From positions 9,488,001 through 9,552,000 of the forward strand of contig NW_024704743.1 in the NCBI RefSeq assembly GCF_018977255.1: a DNA stretch of 64,000 nucleotides, given 5' to 3'. Below are positions 27,440-38,577 of the stretch, in pieces. Source of the stretch: Callorhinchus milii. Its lineage: Eukaryota. The notes beneath the pieces were generated by a model. That model ran no database searches and had not been told where the DNA came from. It saw only the letters and a program-made list of their open reading frames with translations. The stretch's first letter is position 1, and each line of letters begins with the position of its first letter. The position numbers and the translations under genes were made by a program.

Positions 27440-27665
27440 ATTCTCACGGTCATTGTTCCGTACAAGCCTGGATCAGGAGCATTGACAGGTGGTTTGACCC
27501 CCATGATCCCACATGGAGTGAACACAGTTCTTCCTCACTCAGTGTACACACAACACATGTATTTCTAGCAAGCGGGTCAACAACCAGGAGGTAAGGAGTC
27601 CAACTACACAGTTTCCCCATCCTAACCCAGGGAAGCTGAGCTGAGCTGTCAACACAATGCCAATC
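27440..27665 (-). mobile_element. AmnSINE2-like ancient SINE fragment
   Basis: tcattct...aagcctggat...cctcactcagtgtacacaca...agcaagcgggtca...tttccccatcctaacccaggg resembles the recalled reverse-complement AmnSINE2 body. Confidence 0.5.
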
Positions 27666-28085
27666 GCACAGTACCTGAGCAGCTTGAACAGCCCTACTCC
27701 TGAGGGCTTCAACTAGTAGGTGGAGAGCACGTCTGCAACTTGGTCAATGAGCCAGACAAGCTGGTCAACAATCAATTGATGTGCTTCTCCTCATCAGACA
27801 CGCATTCTCAGATCCAGTTCATCCCCAAATATAGCCTTCTAACCTTTTATTCCTGCCTCTCCCTCACTCCCCTACCCCAAACAATATTGTATCAGCAGCC
27901 CTGAAAGCATTGAGTGAATCCACTAGGATTTGAACCCAAACACTTGCTGGATCAAACCAACTGAGCTACCAGGGCTCTTAGGTCCAATTTTTGTAGTCTT
28001 ACCTGAACAAAGACATTGGATCTAACTCAATATCCTGGATATGCATAGCTTGGCCCCAATCCATAAAGTGTATCTGCCTAACTTT

Positions 28086-28674
28086 GTGAATTCCTGTAGC
28101 TCAGTGGTTAGAGCACTCACATCACAAGCGAAAGACCTGGGTTCAATTCCCAGCAGGGCGAAATGTTGGGCAAGTTTCCTTACTTCATATGCCTCGGTTT
28201 ACCTGTAGGATTGTTAGTTGATTGGTGGATCATTTTTCCGGGGGTAATAATTCCTTCAAAAAAAAACTCTGCCGCCCACATACTTACCTGGACCAAATTC
28301 CGTATCCACATCTCACCAGTTCTGGCCAGGCTCCACTGGCTCCCCATCACCAAACAGATCAACTTCAAGATCTTCACACACGTGTTCAAATCCCTTCACT
28401 CTCTGGCACCTCCTTAACTCTCCAACCTCCTCACTGCCCAATCCAGCATCTCCGCTCGACTGGCACTGGCCACCTGCTTGTTCCTCGCACCCTCCTCTTC
28501 ACCATCAGAAGTCGCACTTTCAGCCACTATGCCCCGAAATTCTGGAACACTCTCCCTCAGTCCCTCCATCTTGCCCCCTCTCTCGCCTTTTTCAAGTCCT
28601 GCCTGAAAACCTTCCACTTTGACCGTGCTTAAGGCATGATAAGCCACTATATCAAATGCAAGGATTATTTTATT
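28086..28674 (+). mobile_element. Chimera: family A SINE 5' half (28086-28267), L2 ORF2 fragment (28268-28630), SINE-type tail (28631-28674)
   Basis: SINE up to its A-run, then NSAAHIL...LHWLPI...FWNTLP...FKSCLKT, then ctatatcaaatgcaaggattatt. Confidence 0.85.
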
Positions 28675-28949
28675 ACAATTAGTGGAAGTTCACACTGTCA
28701 GTTTTCCATATCAGTGTATTATGTTAGCTCATAATTGTATTAATTCATATAAGCATCACCAGCACTGAAAGGGTCTTTGTCAAGACAATATTAAATCACG
28801 ATTCTGACACAAATGGTTAAAGAAAGATCCTAAGCCACAAATCATGAAAGTGAAAACGTGCAATAAACAGTGTAGTCGCCGCTAAACGTTTCTCTCAGGC
28901 CCATCATGGTTCATATGTTTCATTGAGATGCACAGAATGGGCACGGTCC

Positions 28950-29028
28950 TAGAAACAGGAGTAGGCCATTCAGCCCCTTGAGCCTGTTCTGCCATTCTAT
29001 AAGAACATGGCTGATCTGTACCTCAAGT
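28950..29028 (-). mobile_element. CR1 3' tail fragment
   Basis: aggagtaggccattcagccccttgagcctgttctgccattc is the reverse complement of the tail at 30105-30240. Confidence 0.75.
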
Positions 29029-30104
29029 CCAAGACATTAGACTACATAATAAATGAGCACACTGAGAATTTAACACTGATAGAGCCCCACTCACCCAACC
29101 ACCCACACCATCCTCCCTCCAGAATACACCAGCAGAGTCCCACTTTCTGGCACCAACAGTGAACTCTCGCTCGATCTCTCGCTGCATTGCAGTCTGTTAA
29201 CATGTACTGTTAAACTGGAGTCCGGCAGTGATGCCCACATCACCCATCTGTAGGAAATTGCCTAATCCTGGAGGATAATGCTCTCTGTGGCTGGATACTG
29301 GAAACCGCCTCCAACCACAGTGCAGCTTCTTCCATTACAATGTGGAAACATAGAAATCTGCAGCACAGAAGGAGGCAATTCAGCCTGGGCTTGCAGGCTG
29401 CAAGCCTACATATGTGTAACCACTCAGGTCATATCAAATTGTTAATGTGCTCGAGGGGAGAGAGCTCCTCTTGTAACCTCTGCCCCCCAAACCCGCCCCA
29501 CCCCCCCTTTCAGTTCAGCTGAACCATATCCGCTGCTGTAACGTTGCCTGATTTATGATATAATGACCATATCCACTATGTCACAGTCAGTTGTTCTGAT
29601 GCCGACTGGCCTGTAATTTTCTACTTGCACAGAAATGCTCAATTATTGTTAATCTGTAAGTTTGGGGATCCAATGCATGTCTTTCAGGAAAAACATTTTT
29701 TTTTCTTTTCTTACTTGCCCTCACTTTCTAAGTAATTCAGTTTAAACTGTCATTCAGTTTACTCTCATAAGTAATGGGTTTTCGGCTCTTATCACTGCCT
29801 CCTCCGCCCACAGAACCATGTTAAGAACAGGCCCTCAGCAGGCAAAGCAAGAAAAATGTCTCCTCCTCGCCACCGTTCAGATTCCTCCCTAACCAGGTCG
29901 CAATCGCTCAAAAGAGTTTACGAGTTTCTGTACAGCTGAACCATATCCACTGCTGTAATGTAACAGTTCATCTTGAGTTTGCACTTGAAGCAACAATGTG
30001 GAGAAATACTGATTAATTCTAGAGGTAGTGTATATTTACACTCATAGTATGAGTTAAAAGTACCTTTAGCTATATAACGTAATAATCTTGCATTTTTAAA
30101 AACT

Positions 30105-30240
30105 AAAGGGATTAAGGGATATGGGGATAGGGCGGGTAAATGGAATTAGGTTAGTAGGTCAGCCATGATTTTACTAAATGGTGGGGCAGGCTCGAAGGGC
30201 CGAATGGCCTACTCCTGCTCCTATTTCTTATGTTCTTATT
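30105..30240 (+). mobile_element. CR1 3' tail
   Basis: gggcaggctcgaagggccgaatggcctactcctgctcctatttcttatgttctta. Confidence 0.85.
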
Positions 30241-30284
30241 TGACATAATGCCTCATTACAACAAAACATCTCAAAATTGAGACT

Positions 30285-30520
30285 AAAACGAAAGTCGCTG
30301 GGAACATTCAGCAGGTAAGGCAGCATCTATGGAGAAAAGAGTCAATGTTTCGGGTCCATGACCCTTCGTCAGAACTGGGGCATGTTGGGAGGGAGAGGCT
30401 TTTAAGGGCTAACATAGGGGGGAGGCAGGACAAGGAAGACAAAGGAAAAAATAGGGTAGAGGACAAGGGATGATGGGTTAAAGAGGTGTTGATGCAAAAC
30501 AAAGGGATTGCAACAAAACA
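30285..30520 (-). mobile_element. Penelope-like element (PLE) terminal-repeat fragment
   Basis: gctgggaacattcagcaggtaaggcagcatctatggaga...gtttcgggtc...cttcgtcagaac resembles the recalled chondrichthyan PLE terminal repeat and contains a hammerhead core. Confidence 0.7.
30340..30376 (-). ncRNA. Minimal type-I hammerhead ribozyme motif, PLE-associated, probably degenerate
   Basis: AGUU-CUGACGA-A-GGGUC-AUG-GACCC-GAAAC-AUU-GACU: both core boxes, 5-bp stem II, short stem I. Confidence 0.65.
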
Positions 30521-31046
30521 GGGGATAAAATCCTATCTCAAAATTGACAGCTTTCTAGAGAGTGTAGTGACTGTGTAGGTCTGTGAACATGACAGCAAAT
30601 TTTACACATTACAAGGTCTCACATACAACAATGAAGTGTGTAACCAATTTTATTGTTGGAGGGAGGTAATTAGGGGATTGTTTGCCCGGACAAGAAGGAG
30701 GGGTATCATTGGCCAGGACACAGAAAAGAAACTTCCTTGTTTCAAATAAAAATTCTACGGTTTCTTTCTCTGCTCCTTCGTTACTCGGCTCCCGCACTTG
30801 TATTTTGAGGATTTTCACACCCATAACAAGGAATAATCAAGAACTGGCAGGTCAACAAAAGAGCAGCAGTAAATCCAATCACACGTTTCCTCAGGGTGAT
30901 GGAACAGGCAGCTCCAAGATTGGCTGTGACTACATAAGCATCTGATATCACTTTTATTACCTTTTCAGGCAAGTCCGTCTCAGGAGGCAACCCGTAATGT
31001 AATATAACCAGTTTTACCGGCACCAAATTTGGAAAAGGACCTTCTT

Positions 31047-31302
31047 GAGAATCGTGTAGCTTAGTGGTAAGAACACTCGCCTCACAAGCAGAGGACATGG
31101 GTTCAATTCCCGGCAGGGTGAAAAATTGGGCAAGTTTACTTATTCTACACGCCTCTGATTACCTAGCAGTAATTTGGAAGATGGTTGTTAGTCGATTGGC
31201 GAATCACTTTTCCGAAGGTAATAATTTTTTAAAAATTTTGTGAAGCGCTTTGAGACGTCTCAAAGAGGTGTTATGGTGCTACATCAAGTACAAAAGTTAT
31301 TA
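31047..31302 (+). mobile_element. Family A SINE, long form, internally deleted
   Basis: gtagcttagtggtaagaacactcgcctcacaagc...gggttcaattcccggcaggg...gtgaagcgctttgagacgtc. Confidence 0.85.
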
Positions 31303-31939
31303 TGTCAAAGGCAAGGACTATTACAAAATCAATCAAACTTAAATTTGAAAAGAATTCTCCTGATTTCTCTTCTTGAGCTTCATTCACCTCACAAAGCTGA
31401 GAGGGCAGGTTAGCTGCTTCCAAGCCTCCAACAACACAGCTCTGGCACAGCCCTCAAAATGCATGGAGGAAAGGACTGGAGATGAGCTTTCCTCTCTTTC
31501 TGATGTCTCAATTGTGTTTCAATGCAATATCAACTGCAAGGATTATTAAGGATTATTCATTATAGATCCTCTACGTATAGGAGGTCCGTTGAAGGTATAA
31601 ATACAAGTGGTTATTCACTTCATGACTGTTTGTGGGACACTGCTGTGTGCAAAATTGCTGCCACATTTGCCTACAAAATGCAAAATATAGAATCACTATA
31701 CATTACAGTAAATCAGTGAAGCGTTTTGTGATGTTTTGACCGTGTGATATGGGGCTATATCAAATGCAAGGATTGTTCTATTCTTATTATTATAATAAAG
31801 TGTCGATAGCAGCCAATGTTCACTCATGAACAACTATGTTGACATCACTGTGATAATGTCAGAACTTCAAACATAATTGAAAATGCAAAGCGCCCCCCTC
31901 TCCCACTCCCCAATTCGTCTCACATACCAGGAATGTCCT

Positions 31940-32175
31940 CTTTACGATGGGCTTCATCCTGCAGATGAGAAGTTAAACCAAAGCTCTGAGCCTGTTTAGG
32001 TGGACATTATAATCCCATGGAATTATTTGAAAAGAGCAGAGTATCTCTTGGTGTTCTGACCGAGAATCCTCCAAAATAAGATTGGGGAGTAATTTAATTC
32101 ATGGCTGTTTGTGGGACATTGCAATGCACAAACTGGCTGCCACATTTGCCCTTAAAACTCAAGCTGCTGCACTTT
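31940..32175 (+). mobile_element. Deu-domain SINE fragment
   Basis: gatgagaagttaaacc...cctgtttaggtggacatt...atcccatgg...ctgtttgtgggacattgc. Confidence 0.7.
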
Positions 32176-32187
32176 ATGAATTAATGG

Positions 32188-35065
32188 TCCATCTCGGACC
32201 ATTACTTCATCTCCCTTAACTCCTCAATCTCTCTCCCCACCATCACCTAACCCACCTCCATCTCCTACTGGCTCTGGAAAAAAATCTCCCCCATCCCTCG
32301 CTGCTGCCTTGGGAGTCATCTGAACTCCTCCCTCTGGTCTTCCTCCTGCAATGACATATCCTCCTCAGTCACTCTCCTCCACAACTCCCTCTCCACCACT
32401 CTCAATGCCCTTGCTCCCCTCACTTCCCGAACCGTCTCCCACTCATAAAAGTCACCCTGGTACATCAGCTATCTCCATTCCCTTAAGGCACAGGTGCGTA
32501 CTGCTGAAAACACCTGGCTCAAATCCAACTTAACTTAACCGTCGGCAGATCTGGCTGGACCTTATCAAATCTTACCACTCAGCCCTCGCCTCCGTTAAAT
32601 CGTCGTTCTAATCGAAGACAATCTTGGAGGCCCAAAACAACGCCAGGCTCCGCTTCACCATTACCACCCGGCTCTTCTGCTCAACCACTCACGCCTCGCC
32701 CATCCTCTCCTCCAATGTCAACTGCGAGGCGATGCTGGACTTCTTCAAAACCAAAGTTGAGTGGATCCGCTCAGCTGCCTCTGCCCTTCCGTCTACTACC
32801 CCCTCCCCATCTCTCCTCACACCCCGGCCCCAACCCATTCCTCACTCCACATCTTCAAACCTGTCTTCCACTCCTCTCTCACCACCATTATAACCCACAC
32901 GAAACCAACCACCTATTCCCTTGACCCCATCCCTACCTCTCCTTACCTCCCAGCTCCACCTACTTGCCCCAATACTCAGACATCATAAACCTCTCCTGTC
33001 CACTGGCACCATTCCCACTCCTTTAAAAATGGCCATCACTCCTATCCTTAAAAAAAGCCTCCCTGGACCCATTCCTGCTCTCAAACTACTGCCCCACCTC
33101 CAACCTTCCTTTCCTCTCCAAGGTCCTGGAACAATTTGTTGCTTCCCAGCTTCGCTTCTTCCTCTCCTGCCACTCCCTTCACAAACCCCTCCAATCGGGT
33201 TTCCGTGCTGCCCACAACACAGAAACAGCTTTGGTCAAAATAAACAATGAGATTTTGTCCATCTGCGACCAGGGCTTCCTCTGCCTCCTCATCCTCCTTG
33301 ATCTCTCTGCTGCCTTTGATACCGTTGACCACTCCCTCCTCCACCACCTCTCCTCTCACCTTAACCTGGTTCTATCCTTGAATGGTTCAGGTCTTATCTC
33401 TCACACTGTCTCCAATTTGTCTCTGCCAATGGTTTCTCTTCCAGCACTCACACAGTCGTGTGGTGTTCCTCAGGGCTCCCTTCTCTTCAACCTCTACATG
33501 TTCCCACTTGGTGACATCATTCGTCAACTTCCACATGTATGCGGATGACACCCAACTCTATTTCTCGGCCTCACCTTCGATTCTAGGACAACTGACATCC
33601 TGACAGACTGTCTGTCTGACATCAACTCCTGGATGAAAGGCAACTTTCTCCAGCTGAATGTCAGCAAGACTGAGGCACAATCCCTTCACCTTGCTCCCTC
33701 TCTTCCCTCCTTCAAGGCACGACTCAAGACTCAAGCCTCCCTCCTACCCCCTCTGCCCTCTCTCATCCCAACCCTGCCCCCCACACTTGGATCCTGATCC
33801 CTGACCGTTCAGTGCCTTGGGACGTCCTCCCGACGTGAAAGACGCTTTACAAATGTAATTTTGTTGTTGTTGAGAGCTATCCTTCTTCAGTTGAATGTCA
33901 GCAAGACCAAGGCCCTCCTGATTGGCTCTCGTCATCACTGCCACACCTCAGGCACTGACAACATCAACAACAATGGTTGTACACTCCACCGTATATTGAG
34001 CCAGTTCCGGAACTTTGGCGTCTTGTTTGACCCTCAACTATCCTTTCTACCCCACATCTGTGCCATGATCCACTCTGCCTTCCCCCACCTCCGCCACTGT
34101 CTCACTCCACAGGCCACCAAAACCCTCATACACGCATTCATAACATTGAGGCTTGACTATGCAAACTCCCTGCTTGTCAGCCTCCCCAACTCCTCTCTCC
34201 ATAGGCTGCAGATCATCCAGAACTCTACAGCCCTGTGACCCTATCACCTTCATCTGACTCCACTGGCTTCCCATCACACAGAGGATACAGTTCAAGATCC
34301 TGGTCCTCAACATCAAAGTCCTCCATGGCCTTATTTCCGCCCCCCCCCCCTTACTCTTCAACCTCTTAAACCCCTACCATCCTGCCTGCCTAATGAAATC
34401 CAGCCTGCTTCAAGTCACCTGCCTCACCATTGTGCACCAGGGAGCAGTGAGAGGCACATTTAACAGCACTGTTTCTGAATATGGAACATCTCAGAATTCA
34501 GTGCCAATGGAGGCACAACATGAATCTGAAGTACTGCCACTGTCTGTACAAGATAATCAAAAGCAAACCAGATCCAACTGGGAAAAAAATAAACTTTCCA
34601 AAACTTGAAAGGATGAGTTTGGTCTGAGAGCCAAAGAGAAGCCAAAGGCTAAAAATACCCCCAGAGACAAAGATCCCCAACAGTGGTGGGAAGACAAGAA
34701 ATCAGGAGAGGCAGAGATGGATCGAAAGCCTGATATCATGTCAAAATTACAAAAGAATAAAGGGGCTAAAAAGTTGATACTTTTCCACCCACCCTCTCCA
34801 ACCCGCTCACATCTGACTCCTCAACCCACCCCCTTCACTCAGCCAGCTTGGGAGTTCTGCACATCCCTTGAATCTCTCCACCATTGGCAGCTGTTCTTTC
34901 AGACACTACACCAGAACCCCTTAAACTTCTTGTCTCAATCCCTCCACCTTGCCAGGCTCCAGATCGCTCCTCTTCAACTAAGCCTACGGTCACCTCCTCT
35001 TTCTCTCCAGCTCGGCATCAAACTTTGCCATTTTTAAACACTCCAAAACATGAAGGGTGCTATTT
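32188..35065 (+). mobile_element. Decayed L2 LINE complex (ORF2 from the APE end through RT to the tail), with a nested L2 3' end (33679-33871) and a foreign insert (about 34441-34780)
   Basis: QSGFRAAHNTETALVK, LLDLSAAFDTVDH, GVPQGS, FHMYADDTQLY, RLDYANSLL in frameshifted pieces; internal (ttg)n tail at 33860-33871. Confidence 0.88.
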
Positions 35066-35432
35066 AATAATAATCTGTGCATTTGATACAGCACATTTCA
35101 CGTCATCTAGGTATCTCAAAGCGCTTCACAGAATACACTTTAAAATGAATTGACTGTATATTTGTGGGTGAAACCCGGCAGCCAATTGCGCACAGCATTG
35201 TCCCACAAACAGTCATGGATTGAGTGATGAAATTATTATTGTTTTTTTTATTAATAATTTTATTAAAAAATTTTATTAATTAATTATGGAGCCCTGCAGC
35301 TCAGTGGTTAGAGCACTCGCTTTGCAAGTGTTCAAGTCCCGGCAGGGTGAAACCTTGGGCAAGTTTCCTTACTCCACACGCCTGATAATAATCCCTGAAA
35401 AAAAAATCAAATGCAAGGATTATTATTATTAT
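35066..35432. mobile_element. Family A SINE 3' half on minus (35066-35250) next to a plus-strand short-form SINE lacking that half (35287-35432)
   Basis: Direct comparison with the 8622 and 22563 copies. Confidence 0.8.
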
Positions 35433-36909
35433 AATTGCAAGTTGTTGTAATAGGCTGGAGAAAAGCTTAAAAACGAGCAACAAGTAGTTTTTTAAAATTA
35501 TGTTTAGAACCACAATATTGTTCTCCAATTCTAGTTTTGTTAAAAAAAGCAAGTAAACTAGTTTTTCAGGTTGCACTGTTGATCATTTTTAGACTGTCTG
35601 GCCGCTGCAAAAGTGCATAATTTACAGTCGAAGCACATTGTTAAGCGCTTGTGCTGAAACAATGGCAATCACCTTTAGTGCTGCATTATTCACTTGCAAA
35701 ACTAAATGCTGGCTGAATCCATTTGGGTCACAACTACAGAATACCATCAGGGTGTCTAAGATAAAGTAACTCCTTGAAGGAAAGACTGATTGTCAACACT
35801 CCTTAAAAATGACATTGCAAGAGAGATATAAAGCTCCTCTTTCAAATGCACTATGTTGCTATGAGGCATACTGAAACATTCCTAAATTTTTTTTTCAATG
35901 CGTCAGTCCACTAGAAAGGAAACTGGTTTGGTAAGAGTGGGGGGAGGGGAAGGAGGCGAGAGAGAGAGAAGAAAAGAGAAGACAGCAGAAAAAATCATAA
36001 GCCAAGTTTGTCCAGTATCAAGAGCCAGGAATGATGATCCACTATTTTACTACAAGAATAAAGAATGTTCACCGAACCAGAACTGTCCAGTCGTTCATAA
36101 TGTTTCCTGCAAATGTTCAAGCAGACATTTGTGCCCTTTTTTAAAACAAATGCAGTATATAAAGACAACATCTGCACAAAAGATGTTGATGTAGAACAGA
36201 ATTTATATCGTGCACAGCACACAGAACACTTGCCCAGAAAAACAGCCCGCTCCTCTTTGAGACGTCTAGAAGACATGAAAAGCGCTATATCAAATGCAAG
36301 GATTATTATTACTATTATTATAATGATTTCTGTTTCTGTAGCCCATTGGGCAAATCTTACAATTAAACACTGGTTCACTGTGACCTAAAGGGAAACTTTA
36401 CAAGTAGCACATAACCAACTGGCTAAATATAGCAGATTATGTCAAGGTGCTGTCATATAAATTACCATGGTTCCACCCGTCTGGCTCAGCAAAATATACC
36501 ACTCAAGTCAAAAGACTGAAAAAGAGGAAACTGCAAAAGAGGAATAACTGAAAGCTTATTTATCATCCCTGTGAAACACTTGGCGCCACTGACAGTTTCA
36601 GGCTGGAAGGAGCATGCCACAAATAGCTTGCCACGATAGCCAACAAAAATACACAGTCACGACACGTCACAATAAAATCATGCGAAGTGCTTTGAAATGT
36701 CCTCCCAATAGGAAAGGCACTACAGTAGATCAAACATGAGGATTATTATTATTACTGTTATAACATCCTAGGATTGAGAGCGAGAAATAAAACAGCCACC
36801 CCAATGGCTGTCCAGTGAACTTCTGCAAAGAAGCACCTATGTGAACATCATTCAGTTTCAGACCTACATCCCTAAACTCTGGAACACTCTTCCTCTATCC
36901 CTCCGACTT

Positions 36910-37860
36910 GCCCCTTAGTGTTTCGGACCAGCTGGGGGTTGGATCGGGGAGGGTGGAGGGCAGAACGGAAGGAGGGTGACCAAAGGCATGGTTGAAGAGG
37001 AGGGTCTTGAAGGAGGCACGGGAGGGGGCGAGGAAGAGGGAATGCAGGATGGACTTCCAGAGGGTGGGGGCAAAGTGTCTGAAGGCCTGCCCGCACATGG
37101 TGGGGCGGGCGAGGCGGTGGACGTGAAGCAGAGGGAGCGGGCGGGTTGGTAGGGGATTAGTAGGTTGCAGAGGCAGCGGGGAGCAAGGTCATGGAGGACT
37201 TTGAAAGTGAGAACCAGGATCTTGAACTGTATCCTCTGTGTGATGGGAAACCAGTGAAGTTGGGTGAGTATGGGGGTGATAGGGTTGCGGAGTCTGGTTC
37301 GGGCGAGGATGTGGACTGCAGAGTTCTGGATGATCTGCAGCTTATGGAGGGAGGAGTTGGGGAGGTCGACAAGCAGGGAGTTTGCATAGTTGAGCCTAGA
37401 TGTCATGAATGCGTGTATGAAGGTCTCGGCGTCCTACGGTATGAGACAGTGGCGATATTGTGGAGGTGGGGATCAAGACACCGAGATTCCATATTGGCTC
37501 CATAGAGGGAGATGCATTCAGCACCCGAGGTATGGAGGGGCTGACGAGTGCCAAGCAGGAGGGGCTCAGTCTTGTTGGCATTCAACTGCAGGAAGTAGGC
37601 TCTCATCCAGGACTTGATGTCCGACAGGCAGTCTGTGAGGACAGCAGTTGTCCTGGAATCGAGGGTTGAGGCACAGAGGTACAGTTGGGTGTCATCCGCA
37701 TACATGTGGAAGTTGATCCCATGTCTGCGGATGATGACACCAAGAGGAGCATATAGATATTGAAAAGGAGAGGGCCAAGAAAGGATCCCTGAGGGACGCC
37801 ACAAGTGACGGTGCGGGGACTGGAGGAGAACCTGTTAGTGACGACAAAATGGAGACAGTG
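36910..37860 (-). mobile_element. L2 LINE fragment including the RT core
   Basis: CGVPQGSFLGPLLF, GINFHMYADDTQLY, SRLNYANSLL, LHWFPI in the minus-strand ORFs. Confidence 0.92.
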
Positions 37861-38269
37861 GGACATAATCCTTCCCCTCCAAAAAAACAATTTGGTCACT
37901 GAATCGAGAACTGTTTGAAGGATCCACTTTATATTATATTAATAAAGTGAAGCGCTTTGAGATGTCTCAATGACTTGATAAGGTGCCATATCAAATGGAA
38001 TGAGTATTATTATTAATTATTATTAGGAGAAGGCATTCCCCACCCCCCGGCTCAAGTCAACTGGGTCACTGGCTAAGATATAACTCAGCACAGATCAATC
38101 TATGAAATCTGCAACCTATTGAGTTGTAAAAAAAGTGGCTTCAACAATTGACACCAGTGTGAGCTTGGGCATGTGTGCAGAGCTTTGAATGTGGATGCAC
38201 CATTATTGGAAGCACATAAGCACATAAGAATCTGGAAGCACAAGTTTGTCCAAACAAAGTTTGAACGTG

Positions 38270-38577
38270 GACAAAGTGAAGTGATGACCAATTTTACTTG
38301 GGGGATTGTTGGCTAGAACACCAGGAGAAATGCTCTTCTCTTTGACAGTTCTATGATACCTTTTAATGTCCATCTGAACAGGCAGATGGGTTTAAAGTGA
38401 TTAAAACTATATGAGGTTTAATGTCTCATCTGAAAGTCAGCACTTCCAATACCACAGCACACCCCAGCATTGCATTGGAGTGTTATCCTAAATTCGGTTT
38501 GCAGTGCCAACATGGGGCTTGAACCCACAACCTCCCTGCTCAGAGGCAAGAGAGCTACCAACTAAGCCAAGCTGACG
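38270..38577 (-). mobile_element. Deu-domain SINE
   Basis: Head gtcagcttggcttagttggtagctctcttgcctctgag...gggttcaagcccc and Deu body. Confidence 0.8.
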
